From sequence record PZ386969.1: a DNA stretch of 64,000 bases, one strand, 5' to 3'. Under the pieces are notes generated by a model. It was not told the origin of the DNA and did not search any database. It saw nothing but the letters and a program-made list of their open reading frames with translations. This DNA is from a phage. A program made the position numbers and the translations under genes. Below, piece by piece: positions 8,741-18,715 of this stretch; position 1 is the stretch's first letter; the number at the start of each line of letters is the position of its first letter.

Positions 8741-10657
8741 TTACATAACAACTGCGGCAGATATGTATCCTGAATCTTGATACGATCCAGAAAGGTCAAA
8801 AACTTCTAAGTTAAAAGAGTCAGGGGATGTACTTACGACATTAATTACTAATTTCCCTCCGCTAGTGGTATTGCCAACACTGCATAAAACAGCATAAGCA
8901 GAGGAGGGCATAGTATTAGATAGGTTGACGGTATATTTACCGGTCCCGGTTTTAGTTACAGTTGCTCCATCCGCATACACTGACGACCCCGAAATTCCAT
9001 TAAAATTGATCATTGCCCGTGTACATGCACTCGACCTTTTTGCGACGGTAGACCCAATAAATGCGTATTCTTGGGCCTTGTTAATATAAATCTTATTAAC
9101 AGAAGTGTCAGGTACTTGTAAGACGTTATCTATAACAACATTACAGGCTGTTGCTCCAGATACGGTAGAGCATCTATCTATCTCATAATTGTCGATATTA
9201 ATAGCCCTTACAAAACCTATACCCCCAAATGCTGACCAGTTTTGTTTAACAAGAACACCGGAAATACCGGACAGGAAAATAAGATCGCCTGTCGTATCTT
9301 TGCTAAACGTGTTGTTGGTTATTGAAACAGAAGAAGAACGCGGTGAGTGACTATCATCTGCAACATATACCCTGGCTAAAGAAGAAGCAGTATTCTCTTC
9401 AAAGTAGTTACCATCTACCAGTAACTGCTGTGCACCCCCGGCGACAACACCTACGTCATAGCCCGTGTTTGCTTCAAATAGAGAGTCTCTGACTATGAAA
9501 TTTCGTACACTACTTGCAGTACCTGAGTCTCCGATAAGAACACCGTTAACACCATCAAAGAAAGTACAATTATCAACTTTAACTACGTTGATATCTACTT
9601 TTGACGTTTTTACACCATTTGCACATTTAGCGAAATAGCATGAAGTTAGCTCAGCCACCCCGGAAAAATAGTCTGGGGCGTCGTAATGTAAATAAACACC
9701 GTACCGGGCGTTTCTGACAACGCAATCTTGAAGTTTTAGGTACCAAGCCCCTCCGAAATCAAAACCATCAGACGATGAGTCCTGAATATCCAAGAAAAGT
9801 CCAGAAATCTTAGCTCCTATCGCACCACCTTGAACCCGAATGGCGGGTGACGCTAACCCGGTAAACTTAATTACTGAACCTGTTGTTTGGTCATTAACAT
9901 GTCCAAAACTATTACCAACAATACATAGACTATCAGTGGCAGTTATGATTAAAGTAGAGCTTATAAGATAAATACCATCCGGTATGTATAAACTCTTTTT
10001 CGAATCTATTGCTGCCTGAAACGCGGCGGTATCATCGGTCACACCGTCGCCAACAGCCCCGAAGTCCTTGACTGACACCAGGTCTTTATTTTTATCATGT
10101 AGTGTTCGCTTAATGGAGTTGGCCAGAGGTGACTTAAATCCGACCAGACCAGCGCCATCATCAGATGCAAGATTGATTCTCAAGGCTGCATCACCAACAC
10201 TAACCCACTTGTCTAACCCAGTACCTCCAGCACTTTCAGGAGTTGAGCCAGAAGAAACGGTTTTAGGTAACTCACCATCCCAGCGATACTTACCTGTTGT
10301 ATGGGTAAGCAATTCATTTTTAACATTAAGTGTAGCACCATTGTCAAACGACCCAGACAATGTAACGTATTCTTCACGAGATACGGCTAATTCCCCAAGA
10401 TCTACGGAACCAGCTGAATGTACAAGTACGGCATTAGTACCAAGACTTACAGCAGTCACCCCCGAACCAATGTCAGCAGGCAAGGAATAGGCACGCTGAG
10501 TAGCCTTATCATAAATTACTTTGTAACCACCTAAGTCTACACCTACAGCAAAGTAGACTACCTCATTCTGTTTAACACCAAACTTACGGGCAATGGCTTG
10601 CTTATTGGTAAGAATACCAGTAGAGCCTTTACCACCTTGTGAGAACATTTCGTTCAT
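8741..10657 (-). CDS. tailspike protein (638 aa), conserved N-terminal region plus beta-helix-like body
   Basis: N-terminal block VVYFAVG..GYKVIYDK..VLVHSAGSVDLG..REEYVTL..RWDG shared with the two neighbouring genes; repetitive C-terminal body; AAGAGG ribosome site. Confidence 0.75.
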   Translation of the reverse strand: MNEMFSQGGKGSTGILTNKQAIARKFGVKQNEVVYFAVGVDLGGYKVIYDKATQRAYSLPADIGSGVTAVSLGTNAVLVHSAGSVDLGELAVSREEYVTLSGSFDNGATLNVKNELLTHTTGKYRWDGELPKTVSSGSTPESAGGTGLDKWVSVGDAALRINLASDDGAGLVGFKSPLANSIKRTLHDKNKDLVSVKDFGAVGDGVTDDTAAFQAAIDSKKSLYIPDGIYLISSTLIITATDSLCIVGNSFGHVNDQTTGSVIKFTGLASPAIRVQGGAIGAKISGLFLDIQDSSSDGFDFGGAWYLKLQDCVVRNARYGVYLHYDAPDYFSGVAELTSCYFAKCANGVKTSKVDINVVKVDNCTFFDGVNGVLIGDSGTASSVRNFIVRDSLFEANTGYDVGVVAGGAQQLLVDGNYFEENTASSLARVYVADDSHSPRSSSVSITNNTFSKDTTGDLIFLSGISGVLVKQNWSAFGGIGFVRAINIDNYEIDRCSTVSGATACNVVIDNVLQVPDTSVNKIYINKAQEYAFIGSTVAKRSSACTRAMINFNGISGSSVYADGATVTKTGTGKYTVNLSNTMPSSAYAVLCSVGNTTSGGKLVINVVSTSPDSFNLEVFDLSGSYQDSGYISAAVVM

Positions 10658-10678
10658 AACGACCTCTTTGTTTTTCTA

Positions 10679-10701
10679 AGAAACCCCGCCGAAGCGGGGT
10701 T
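10679..10701 (-). terminator. GC hairpin with CTTCGG-type loop between tailspike genes
   Basis: AACCCCGC-TTCG-GCGGGGTT on minus strand after stop of gene 10706..13210. Confidence 0.5.
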
Positions 10702-10705
10702 AGTT

Positions 10706-13210
10706 TTACGAGTAAGCACTCTCGAACTTACAAAACCAGGTTGCTCCTTCATCAGTTGTTGACAACCTAAAAACTTGTGTTCCAGCTGCTGTCAAAGATG
10801 GGGTATTGCTTGCTAATTTAACATTTGCACCAAATGTTATTGTTTTAGATGTTGTTGAACAGACAGCCAAAAGAACCTCAACATAACCAATTAGTGTATT
10901 TGTTAATACTGCTGGAGTTATTGTTACATCTCCTGTAACTGTAGCTGCGATGTAAGATGCGTCTGAAAAGTCAGGCGCATAACTTGCTGTTGGCGTCTCG
11001 AACTTTGGATTTCTTACCAATACAGGAACTCCAACATTTTTCCTGAAAATTGTACTATTGCAAACCATATCATACTCTATACCAACAAAATTCTTAGCTG
11101 CAAGTATGTTAGTAAATGTCTGGTCCGCAGAGTAAATATGAGTTATCAGCCTTGCCACCCATGCTGGTGAGTTTGAGTTTTCACACTCAATGAATGAACA
11201 GTTGATACTACCAACGGCGAATGGCATTAGTGATGCCGTATATGAAGATAGCCCTGCGTCATTAAACGCATTCATATTCACAAACGTCTGGCATTGAGAG
11301 AACGTATTACCGGTGGCTCCACCATCAATAAAAAAGCCAATCCCGCCGTTAATATAACCATCTACAGGATCTAAATTAGCTTTCGCGTAGTCCCATTTTG
11401 ATGGAGAATCTGCAAAACATTGATTGAAGGAATTGTTTATTGAGTTCTGTACAACAAAGCAGCATTTCATCCTTGAGTTCTGGTCAGTGACTGTATCGTC
11501 ATACATGCCCCAGTTGTGCACCTTACTAATTCTGTTATTGCCACCACCACGAACCCAGGTACCAAATCGGAAATAACGACCTTCACCCATACTAACCTGA
11601 TGATCGCTACCTTCAACAATGTGGGCTGTGCTGAGTGGATTAGTTGGTTTTAATACACCAACAGCATAAAACTTCAATAGGTGCACACCCATACCGCCAG
11701 CAATATGGATGCCATGACCATCAATATTGGCTACGTAAATGCCATCTAACTTGTTGGCATAACCATCAGATATTTTAAATCCATTAACAGTTTTTGCACG
11801 GGCATCAATTAAAAGATTGCTAATGTGCCCAGCGTATTGATTACCTGTACCTTTATCACACTTTACAGCATAACCAGATGAGTCTGCTATGAAGTCATCT
11901 GTCAGGTATACCCCACCGAAACCAGCATCAATGCTAACATCTCCGTGAATGTGTAGTGTCGTACTGATAGGATATTTCTTCCCATTCAGCCTGATAACTT
12001 TGCTTACAGTGTTAGGTTGTAGCCAGTCAGGATGGTTAGCAGCACTACTTGGTGCATGTTCTAAACCTGTTAAAGCTGCCGCAGCATCAATCGCATCCTG
12101 TAATGATGGATACATATCCGGGTTGACATTTATAATTTTCTTAAGCGCATTGCCAACAGTACCAGTTTCGTAATCAATTGACTTATCAAAACCTGAAAAA
12201 CCTGCTCCTGTAGGTTTAGCCAATTCTGACTTCAATGAAGCATCACCAACACTAACCCATGCACCTGTTCCAACACCACCGGTTGATGTAGTGGTTGAGT
12301 CAGCGGGGACAACTTTAGGTAGTGCACCCTCCCACGTATAGCACTGACCACCAGCGATGTGCCAAACAGCATCCGTTTCACTATTAACTGTTGCACCTTC
12401 TTCAAAGCTACCAGCAACGAGAGATAAACCTGCTTCTGCAAGTAAACGTCTCCACAATTCTCTGGTATTCGACTCTTGATGAGTAGGTAACAAAGTAACA
12501 GTAATATTACCTGGATTGTACGTTAACTGCCCATTACTAACGGATGAGATGTATATGTTAGAGGGTAATGAAGGTAACCCATATGACTTCTGCTCACTAA
12601 CAGAGTAGACAATCTTTTTACCATTCAATAATTGCGTAGTGTCAGTGCTAAGAATTACTTCACTGTCCTTAACGTTAGTTGCACGAGCGATTTCTTGAAT
12701 ACTTCGGTCAAACAACGGACTGATATTCGGTTGTTTAACAGACATTTCAGCGACTACCCAAACGCCTGCAGTCAGCGCAGTTTGTAAAGACACTTTCCCT
12801 GTCGTGCTGTCATAGGAATATTCAATTTCGGGTGTTTTGTACTCACCACCGATATAAAGAGATTGGACTCCATAATATGTGTAATCAGGAGTGAACTCGG
12901 TTTCACCTCCTATAGCCTGAAACTTATAGATTCGAACCCCGGTTTTATAATCTTCTGGAGACAGAATCTTATCAAACAGACAGAACACAACGTCACCTTT
13001 GGATAATGCGCGTCCGAGATTCAACGTATTTCCATCGATTTCAAAGTTGTCTAACGGAACTTGCATGCCACCGTTGATTGTGACTATACCAGTGACAGGG
13101 TAGAAAGGGAGGGAGATAAACTTCTCTCCACCCGTTGCTGTGTAAGTGTATGGAATCTGGTGCGGAGCTGTTACGACCGCTCCAAAGATGCTCTCGACGT
13201 TTCTGGTCAT
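10706..13210 (-). CDS. tailspike protein (~834 aa from second ATG)
   Basis: shares N-terminal conserved block with neighbours; second ATG at 13210 has GGGG ribosome site while ATG at 13225 lies inside the hairpin. Confidence 0.75.
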   Translation of the reverse strand: MTRNVESIFGAVVTAPHQIPYTYTATGGEKFISLPFYPVTGIVTINGGMQVPLDNFEIDGNTLNLGRALSKGDVVFCLFDKILSPEDYKTGVRIYKFQAIGGETEFTPDYTYYGVQSLYIGGEYKTPEIEYSYDSTTGKVSLQTALTAGVWVVAEMSVKQPNISPLFDRSIQEIARATNVKDSEVILSTDTTQLLNGKKIVYSVSEQKSYGLPSLPSNIYISSVSNGQLTYNPGNITVTLLPTHQESNTRELWRRLLAEAGLSLVAGSFEEGATVNSETDAVWHIAGGQCYTWEGALPKVVPADSTTTSTGGVGTGAWVSVGDASLKSELAKPTGAGFSGFDKSIDYETGTVGNALKKIINVNPDMYPSLQDAIDAAAALTGLEHAPSSAANHPDWLQPNTVSKVIRLNGKKYPISTTLHIHGDVSIDAGFGGVYLTDDFIADSSGYAVKCDKGTGNQYAGHISNLLIDARAKTVNGFKISDGYANKLDGIYVANIDGHGIHIAGGMGVHLLKFYAVGVLKPTNPLSTAHIVEGSDHQVSMGEGRYFRFGTWVRGGGNNRISKVHNWGMYDDTVTDQNSRMKCCFVVQNSINNSFNQCFADSPSKWDYAKANLDPVDGYINGGIGFFIDGGATGNTFSQCQTFVNMNAFNDAGLSSYTASLMPFAVGSINCSFIECENSNSPAWVARLITHIYSADQTFTNILAAKNFVGIEYDMVCNSTIFRKNVGVPVLVRNPKFETPTASYAPDFSDASYIAATVTGDVTITPAVLTNTLIGYVEVLLAVCSTTSKTITFGANVKLASNTPSLTAAGTQVFRLSTTDEGATWFCKFESAYS

Positions 13211-13215
13211 TTGAA

Positions 13216-13255
13216 GATACCCCATAGAGGATTTGCCAATATGGGGTATTTAGTC
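13216..13255 (-). promoter_or_regulatory. late-promoter-like CTAAATACCCC with inverted copy GGGGTAT covering the translation start
   Basis: perfect 10-bp inverted repeat ATACCCCATA/TATGGGGTAT. Confidence 0.5.
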
Positions 13256-13290
13256 TGAACTAATAAATTTATGAACAAAGGTATAACAAG

Positions 13291-13310
13291 AACCCCGCCA
13301 AAGCGGGGTT
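13291..13310. terminator. GC-rich hairpin
   Basis: AACCCCGC-CAAA-GCGGGGTT. Confidence 0.4.
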
Positions 13311-13318
13311 TGACACTC

Positions 13319-13492
13319 CTATTCCAGACACATTTCAAAATGTATACCAACATCACCCCACCCATCATAAACAGACGACCCCGATATTCTTGATCCATCT
13401 ATGTTGGCGAAATAAAAATACGCTGACCCATCATTGATATCACCTATAAAGTTCTTATACCCGTTTGATGACAACCCGAGAGAGAGCCAACA
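13319..13492 (-). pseudogene. possible relic of a tailspike C-terminal segment (no start codon)
   Basis: minus-strand frame gives ...ANIDGSRISGSSVYDGWG...; the heptapeptide ISGSSVY also occurs near the C-terminus of tailspike 8741..10657 (NFNGISGSSVYADG). Confidence 0.3.
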
Positions 13493-13504
13493 GCATTATC
13501 AATC

Positions 13505-13540
13505 AGGGTAATGAAAACAGTAAACTCTATATAATAAAAG
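13505..13540. repeat. conserved element downstream of tailspike gene (copy 2)
   Basis: see 8648..8680. Confidence 0.6.
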
Positions 13541-13562
13541 CCCCCAAAATTGGGGGCTTTTT
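13537..13562. terminator. bidirectional rho-independent terminator
   Basis: AAAGCCCCC-AAAATT-GGGGGCTTTTT. Confidence 0.6.
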
Positions 13563-13568
13563 ATTATA

Positions 13569-16500
13569 CTACCAGTAATACCAATCACCTTTTTTACTTC
13601 TGACTAGAATAGAACAATCGGTAACAGCTACTGTAGACACCCCACCAATCCTTATCTCATACAGTTTACTAGGCAATCTTTTCTTAGTTAGAGAGACTTT
13701 AAAATCTGTACCAGTTACAGTGATATATTCCGTCCCATCCTCACTATCTATCTGTAAATCTAGGCCGCTGGGACTTGCTGGGAGCTTAACATAAAGCTGT
13801 TGTTCTGCTGTACTACCAGCAAAATGACCGATAACTGTAGATGTCCACTCACTTAAAGTCAACCCTGAACGCACAAAGTCTACATTGAGCGGTTCCTTAA
13901 TAAGTGCAGCAGGTGCATTGTAATTATGCCCGTTAAGTACATAGTAGTTGCTGCTACCAACCTCTACTGTGTCTGCTGTGCAGTAAGAGTGGAAGGTTTT
14001 TGCGTTATCAAAGCGATATAGACTTCTGATTAGCACACGCTCTTGATTGCTTCTGGTTAAAATGCCACAACCTGCGGAAAGGTGGAGTGTGGAGATGGTA
14101 AGCGTATGACTTTCACTGTTGGCCTTGGATGACAGCAATGACACCTTGGGTTCACCCTCTTGAGTAAAGTCTTTACTATTACCCTCACAGTACATGACCC
14201 CAATGTCCCACGCAGCAGGGTCCATTGTTACTACCCCAGCACCTGCCGTATTCTCAGAGCAAATCACACCAACACTGGTAGACAAACCACGACCTAAGAT
14301 AATACCAGCACCTATTGTATATTTACTCGCATCATCCGTGATTGGGTCATAACCTAGTCCCGTAGACTTATCAGTACCCCATGCACTAATGTGAGGGAAG
14401 TGTGTAGCATTCACATAGGTATCCCCTTGCTCACCTTCTGTTGAATAACCTAATGCCATACCCCTTGCACAGTTGTTTGCATGGAGAGTGCCCATTTGAA
14501 AATACCAGCAAGCAAACATTACAATGCCATATCTATTAGCATTATATGCATAGATGCTACCCATCTCAGATTCTGCACACAGAAGACGTGCATAAAAACC
14601 ATATGATGCAATATCTGCACAGTCTACGTTTAAGCTACCGATTAAGCGTAATCCTCGCACTTGATTCTCTGTATTAGCCACATCCACTGTTGCTGTACCG
14701 ACAGGAAATTTACTAACGCGTACAACAGCTTTTAACGTAGGCCATACGGAGCCAATTGCTTTAATTGTTGCCCCGTTTAGATTCCCACGTAAGTAAGAAG
14801 GTATAACAACCTCATCCGTTACGTGGTAGGTAGAATTCCCATTCAGATTTAATGTACCTGTGGCTATAGCTAGTTTTATAGCAGGTAAACAGTCAAAACT
14901 AGGGTCATTGGGGATTGCACCAAAATTCTCAGGTGAGTGTTCATTAAACCCTGTTAGCTTACCAACGTTAGTCCAAGAAGAGTCTGGGGCAGCACCATAA
15001 CTAACAGGTAGTGTCCCATTGTACTTGTACCAGAACCCATCTGAATGTAGAACAACCTGATATTTATCGGATACATTCCCACCATCACCGAATACACCGC
15101 TCTTTTTGTAAAGAGACAGACTACCGGAATCAATAAGAGAAGAACCTTTCCAGGAGGCTAAACGTTGCTCTAATCCAACAACACCAACTACAAGCCATGC
15201 CCCTGGACCAACACCTCCTGTACCCAATGGGGTAGATTCTGGAGGGACTACTTTGGGTACAGAACCATCCCAACGATATTTAATATCGTTACTCACAACC
15301 AACTCATTCTTGGTATTAACAGTTACACCTGTATCGAATGAACCAGGTAAGGTCACATACTCCTCACGAGATACGGCTAATGCGCCCAGATCAACACTAC
15401 CAGCAGAATGCACAAGTACAGCCGAAGAACTAAGGCTGACTGCCGTGGTTCCAGTCGGTAGCTCTGGAATAAAATATGATCTCTGTGTTACTTTATCATA
15501 GATAACTTTATACCCGCTTAGCACAGCACCAACACTAAAATAAACGACCTCTGTATCTTTAACATTGGTTACACGAGCCACTTCCCGCAAAGTATGATCA
15601 ATTTGATTATAGATGTTTGGTGTTCCATTGATAATTACAACAACTTCATCTTCTGGTTCCAGTTCTTGCGCCAGAGTGATTTTACTGGTTAATGGATCGA
15701 ATGTGAATCCCAGATTTTTATACTGACGACTTCCGTTTATATCAATGGCCGGAACATCATCAACAACGACGTCCAACGTGATTTCGGTTTCACCGCCAAT
15801 CGCTGAACCCCCATTATAGACCCAAGTAATCGTAGAAGAACTAGAACCACCGCCATTACCCAATTGAATAGGAGTATATTCAATCACCTGAAGTTCTGTG
15901 CTGGCTGGCAAAGAAGGACTGAAAGTGATTACATTCCCATCTAGTGAATATTTGGATTCCGCAAGGCGTTTTCCGTCAGCATACACGTCCACGATTGTTG
16001 GTGGAGTATTGAGAGTGACAGTACTTGTTTCAGACGCCAAAATTTTTGTAAAGATTTCACGACTGTAGACACGGCCTTGGCCAAGACCGACGCCGGATGT
16101 AATAATCCAACCTTGTTCAGGTCCAGACCAAGTGAACGTTGCTGATACGTTATCAGTTGTTATAGCCATGTCTTCAGTGGAGCCATACAAATTATTTCCA
16201 GAAGGAGACACGGTCAATGGGTAAGTGGCAAATTTCCCATAAGCATCACAAATAGTAACGGAATCCCCAATACGCGTAGGGGAAGGGAGAACCACTGTAG
16301 ATGCCCCTGTGGTATTATTAATGAGATAGCCTCGCCCTTCAGTGAGCGTTGCCGTAGAGGCATGCGGAAGGACTTCCCAGCGGATGCCACCGCCACCCAG
16401 CGGCAACCAACCACCATTTTCGTAATAACCTTCGAATTCGTCGGAGTCGGCATTGTAGCGAACGGAAGACGGGAGTCCTGCGCTGGCATTACCCTCGGGT

Positions 16501-16622
16501 AAAGTCAGGACAGCATCTGGTCCATGCTCAATCGTACCCGTGTTGAGGACACCAGCCAAAGTAGACTGCTCTTCAGCCGCCAGACCGAGAGGGAAAACAG
16601 GCTGTGTTGGTTTATTAGCCAT
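13569..16622 (-). CDS. tailspike protein (~1017 aa from second ATG)
   Basis: N-terminal conserved block (VVYFSVG..GYKVIYDK..VLVHSAGSVDLG..); long repetitive body; start chosen at ATG 16622 after GGGGTATTTGAA. Confidence 0.75.
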   Translation of the reverse strand: MANKPTQPVFPLGLAAEEQSTLAGVLNTGTIEHGPDAVLTLPEGNASAGLPSSVRYNADSDEFEGYYENGGWLPLGGGGIRWEVLPHASTATLTEGRGYLINNTTGASTVVLPSPTRIGDSVTICDAYGKFATYPLTVSPSGNNLYGSTEDMAITTDNVSATFTWSGPEQGWIITSGVGLGQGRVYSREIFTKILASETSTVTLNTPPTIVDVYADGKRLAESKYSLDGNVITFSPSLPASTELQVIEYTPIQLGNGGGSSSSTITWVYNGGSAIGGETEITLDVVVDDVPAIDINGSRQYKNLGFTFDPLTSKITLAQELEPEDEVVVIINGTPNIYNQIDHTLREVARVTNVKDTEVVYFSVGAVLSGYKVIYDKVTQRSYFIPELPTGTTAVSLSSSAVLVHSAGSVDLGALAVSREEYVTLPGSFDTGVTVNTKNELVVSNDIKYRWDGSVPKVVPPESTPLGTGGVGPGAWLVVGVVGLEQRLASWKGSSLIDSGSLSLYKKSGVFGDGGNVSDKYQVVLHSDGFWYKYNGTLPVSYGAAPDSSWTNVGKLTGFNEHSPENFGAIPNDPSFDCLPAIKLAIATGTLNLNGNSTYHVTDEVVIPSYLRGNLNGATIKAIGSVWPTLKAVVRVSKFPVGTATVDVANTENQVRGLRLIGSLNVDCADIASYGFYARLLCAESEMGSIYAYNANRYGIVMFACWYFQMGTLHANNCARGMALGYSTEGEQGDTYVNATHFPHISAWGTDKSTGLGYDPITDDASKYTIGAGIILGRGLSTSVGVICSENTAGAGVVTMDPAAWDIGVMYCEGNSKDFTQEGEPKVSLLSSKANSESHTLTISTLHLSAGCGILTRSNQERVLIRSLYRFDNAKTFHSYCTADTVEVGSSNYYVLNGHNYNAPAALIKEPLNVDFVRSGLTLSEWTSTVIGHFAGSTAEQQLYVKLPASPSGLDLQIDSEDGTEYITVTGTDFKVSLTKKRLPSKLYEIRIGGVSTVAVTDCSILVRSKKGDWYYW

Positions 16623-16624
16623 TT

Positions 16625-16666
16625 CAAATACCCCTAAATGTGTTCGTTTCATCTAGGGGTATTTAG
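16625..16666 (-). promoter_or_regulatory. late-promoter-like CTAAATACCCC with inverted copy immediately before the ATG
   Basis: perfect 11-bp inverted repeat AAATACCCCTA/TAGGGGTATTT. Confidence 0.5.
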
Positions 16667-16668
16667 TT

Positions 16669-17859
16669 TTAGAAAGAAGCTACAATAGAATAATCGACCG
16701 AACAAGCAGTTGTTGTATTCGCATTAACAACGGAAACTCTCAATTTACCACCCACCACAGCCCCTGTGAACGTCACTGTACCGCTCGTACTTTTCTGAAC
16801 CAACAACTCCGACTTGATAGTTCCGTCGCGAGTTATGGTTACTCGATATGTATCAACAACGTTACCTGTTCCCCATTGCGCGGTCACCAGTATTTGACAA
16901 AGGTTCACCAAATCAAAATCTGGAAGAGCCGTCGTCCCAGAAGCCGAAACCGTGTAAGAAGACAAATTCGTTTTGGTACGATAAACGGCGTTCCCTAAAC
17001 TATTGTCGACAGAGGTCATCTTGGCATTATACGTTGATACGCTAACTTTATCACTGGAAAGAGAACTGATGCTGTTATCCAGAGATGACATCTTCGTGTT
17101 GTACGTGCTAACCTCGACTTTATTACCCAGAGACGTATTGATATTGGAGATACTCAAATCCAATGACGCCATCTTCGTGTTGTAAGTCGAGGTGTTAACT
17201 TTCCCGTTTAACGATGTGTTGATGTTATTGATTCGGGACTCTAGACTCAGCATATCTGCGTCATACGCTGTCGTTGTCACATATCCATTAAATCGGTTAT
17301 CTGCAAACAACGCATCAAAAAATGCAGTCATTGTCCAATAACGCGCTCCAGAATCTGTTTGTACTGGAATTGAAGTTGGCATCGTTGATCCGGTATACGC
17401 AGACAATCTGGTGAAATCCAAATTGAATTTGTAATATCCGGATGTCAACAACTCCCCAGCCAAACCAGAACCAGGTGGGGTAGTGTCTTCACTGACACCA
17501 TGCTTTCTCAACATGCTCAGGTTAACACCATCTGTCGCTATCGTAGGCTCATCCACGATAGACAGTTTCTTCCCAGCCGGAACAGTCAGGCCGCCGTTGG
17601 CGGTCAACAACGCAACAAAAGTCTTGCTCCCATTGATCGTTTGTTCACCACCGTCGGTGCGGATCACTTTGTTTTTCAGTGTGTCGTAGATATTATCCAC
17701 AGAACGCTTCAGCTCGTATGTCAGATGAGCTGAAGGAGGGAACAACGGATCATCAACAGCGAAATCGTTGACAACATCAGTCTTGCTTATTTTATCGTCA
17801 ACAGAAGAAAGGATTGCATCAATCTGCTGACCTGTGTATCGACTCAGAAAATCGGCCAT
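16669..17859 (-). CDS. tail fibre protein with three tandem ~21-aa repeats (396 aa)
   Basis: repeat units INNINTSLNGKVNTSTYNTKMASLD / ISNINTSLGNKVEVSTYNTKMSSLD / SDKVSVSTYNAKMTSVD; sits between baseplate and tailspike genes. Confidence 0.6.
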   Translation of the reverse strand: MADFLSRYTGQQIDAILSSVDDKISKTDVVNDFAVDDPLFPPSAHLTYELKRSVDNIYDTLKNKVIRTDGGEQTINGSKTFVALLTANGGLTVPAGKKLSIVDEPTIATDGVNLSMLRKHGVSEDTTPPGSGLAGELLTSGYYKFNLDFTRLSAYTGSTMPTSIPVQTDSGARYWTMTAFFDALFADNRFNGYVTTTAYDADMLSLESRINNINTSLNGKVNTSTYNTKMASLDLSISNINTSLGNKVEVSTYNTKMSSLDNSISSLSSDKVSVSTYNAKMTSVDNSLGNAVYRTKTNLSSYTVSASGTTALPDFDLVNLCQILVTAQWGTGNVVDTYRVTITRDGTIKSELLVQKSTSGTVTFTGAVVGGKLRVSVVNANTTTACSVDYSIVASF

Positions 17860-17860
17860 T

Positions 17861-18715
17861 TTAACTCCTTGAACTTTCTAGGAATACAGTAAACCCAGCA
17901 GGATGGAAATGCTGACGGAAGACGCGATCAAACACACCTTCAAAATCAGATACGTTGCCAGGAACTCTTATCACATACGTGAATTCATCATAGTAGTAAT
18001 CGTCACGCATTCCTGTCGCGCCGTCACATTCAAAGTTGTCATCCAGGCCACCAATTTCTTCCTTGGGATAATACACACTCACTGGGCAACCAAAGTAAAT
18101 CCAGAAGAACAATTCAATCGCTTTCTTCGTCCCGCGAATGCGATAAATGTGTTTAAGTAACTTCAACCAGCGTACATGGTCCAGTGTCCGGCGTTCAGTT
18201 CCCTCGACATACACAGAGAGAGTGTCTCCGTCTGAAGTCACCAAACTGTCCGAACCAACTGGCACAAACTTCCCGAACTCCAGGAAGGACTTATCAACCG
18301 TTCTCTGGAATCCAAAATCAGCATACCAATCGTCGATGCGTTCGTTCTTGTCTTCCATTGAGATTAATGGCCGACCGTCCACGTCCAGCAAATCTTCGAA
18401 GTCTAGCGCCATCATGTTCTCAAACGTGCGCGTCAGGAACTTGTCTTCCAAGAAGTCTTTGGCCTCAGTACCTGGCGTCTTGCGCTTCTTGATGTCAATC
18501 AACTGCTCAATAGGAGACTGATCCGTATTTGGGTTCACCCAGCCACCAGTGTCTGCCAGATACGCCAAGATCTCCTCTTCGGTGAATCCCTGCTGGCGGT
18601 ACAACCAGTTGAAGAACGTATCCATAAACTCGATGAATACTGGGAATTCATTCTGGTAAAACAATGGGGTTTCATATTTCACCCCATTGTGTCCGTTATT
18701 AAGATCTTTGGACAT
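17861..18715 (-). CDS. baseplate protein, putative (284 aa)
   Basis: position between a large J-like gene and the fibre gene matches the common myovirus J-I-fibre order; no motif confirmation. Confidence 0.35.
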   Translation of the reverse strand: MSKDLNNGHNGVKYETPLFYQNEFPVFIEFMDTFFNWLYRQQGFTEEEILAYLADTGGWVNPNTDQSPIEQLIDIKKRKTPGTEAKDFLEDKFLTRTFENMMALDFEDLLDVDGRPLISMEDKNERIDDWYADFGFQRTVDKSFLEFGKFVPVGSDSLVTSDGDTLSVYVEGTERRTLDHVRWLKLLKHIYRIRGTKKAIELFFWIYFGCPVSVYYPKEEIGGLDDNFECDGATGMRDDYYYDEFTYVIRVPGNVSDFEGVFDRVFRQHFHPAGFTVFLESSRS

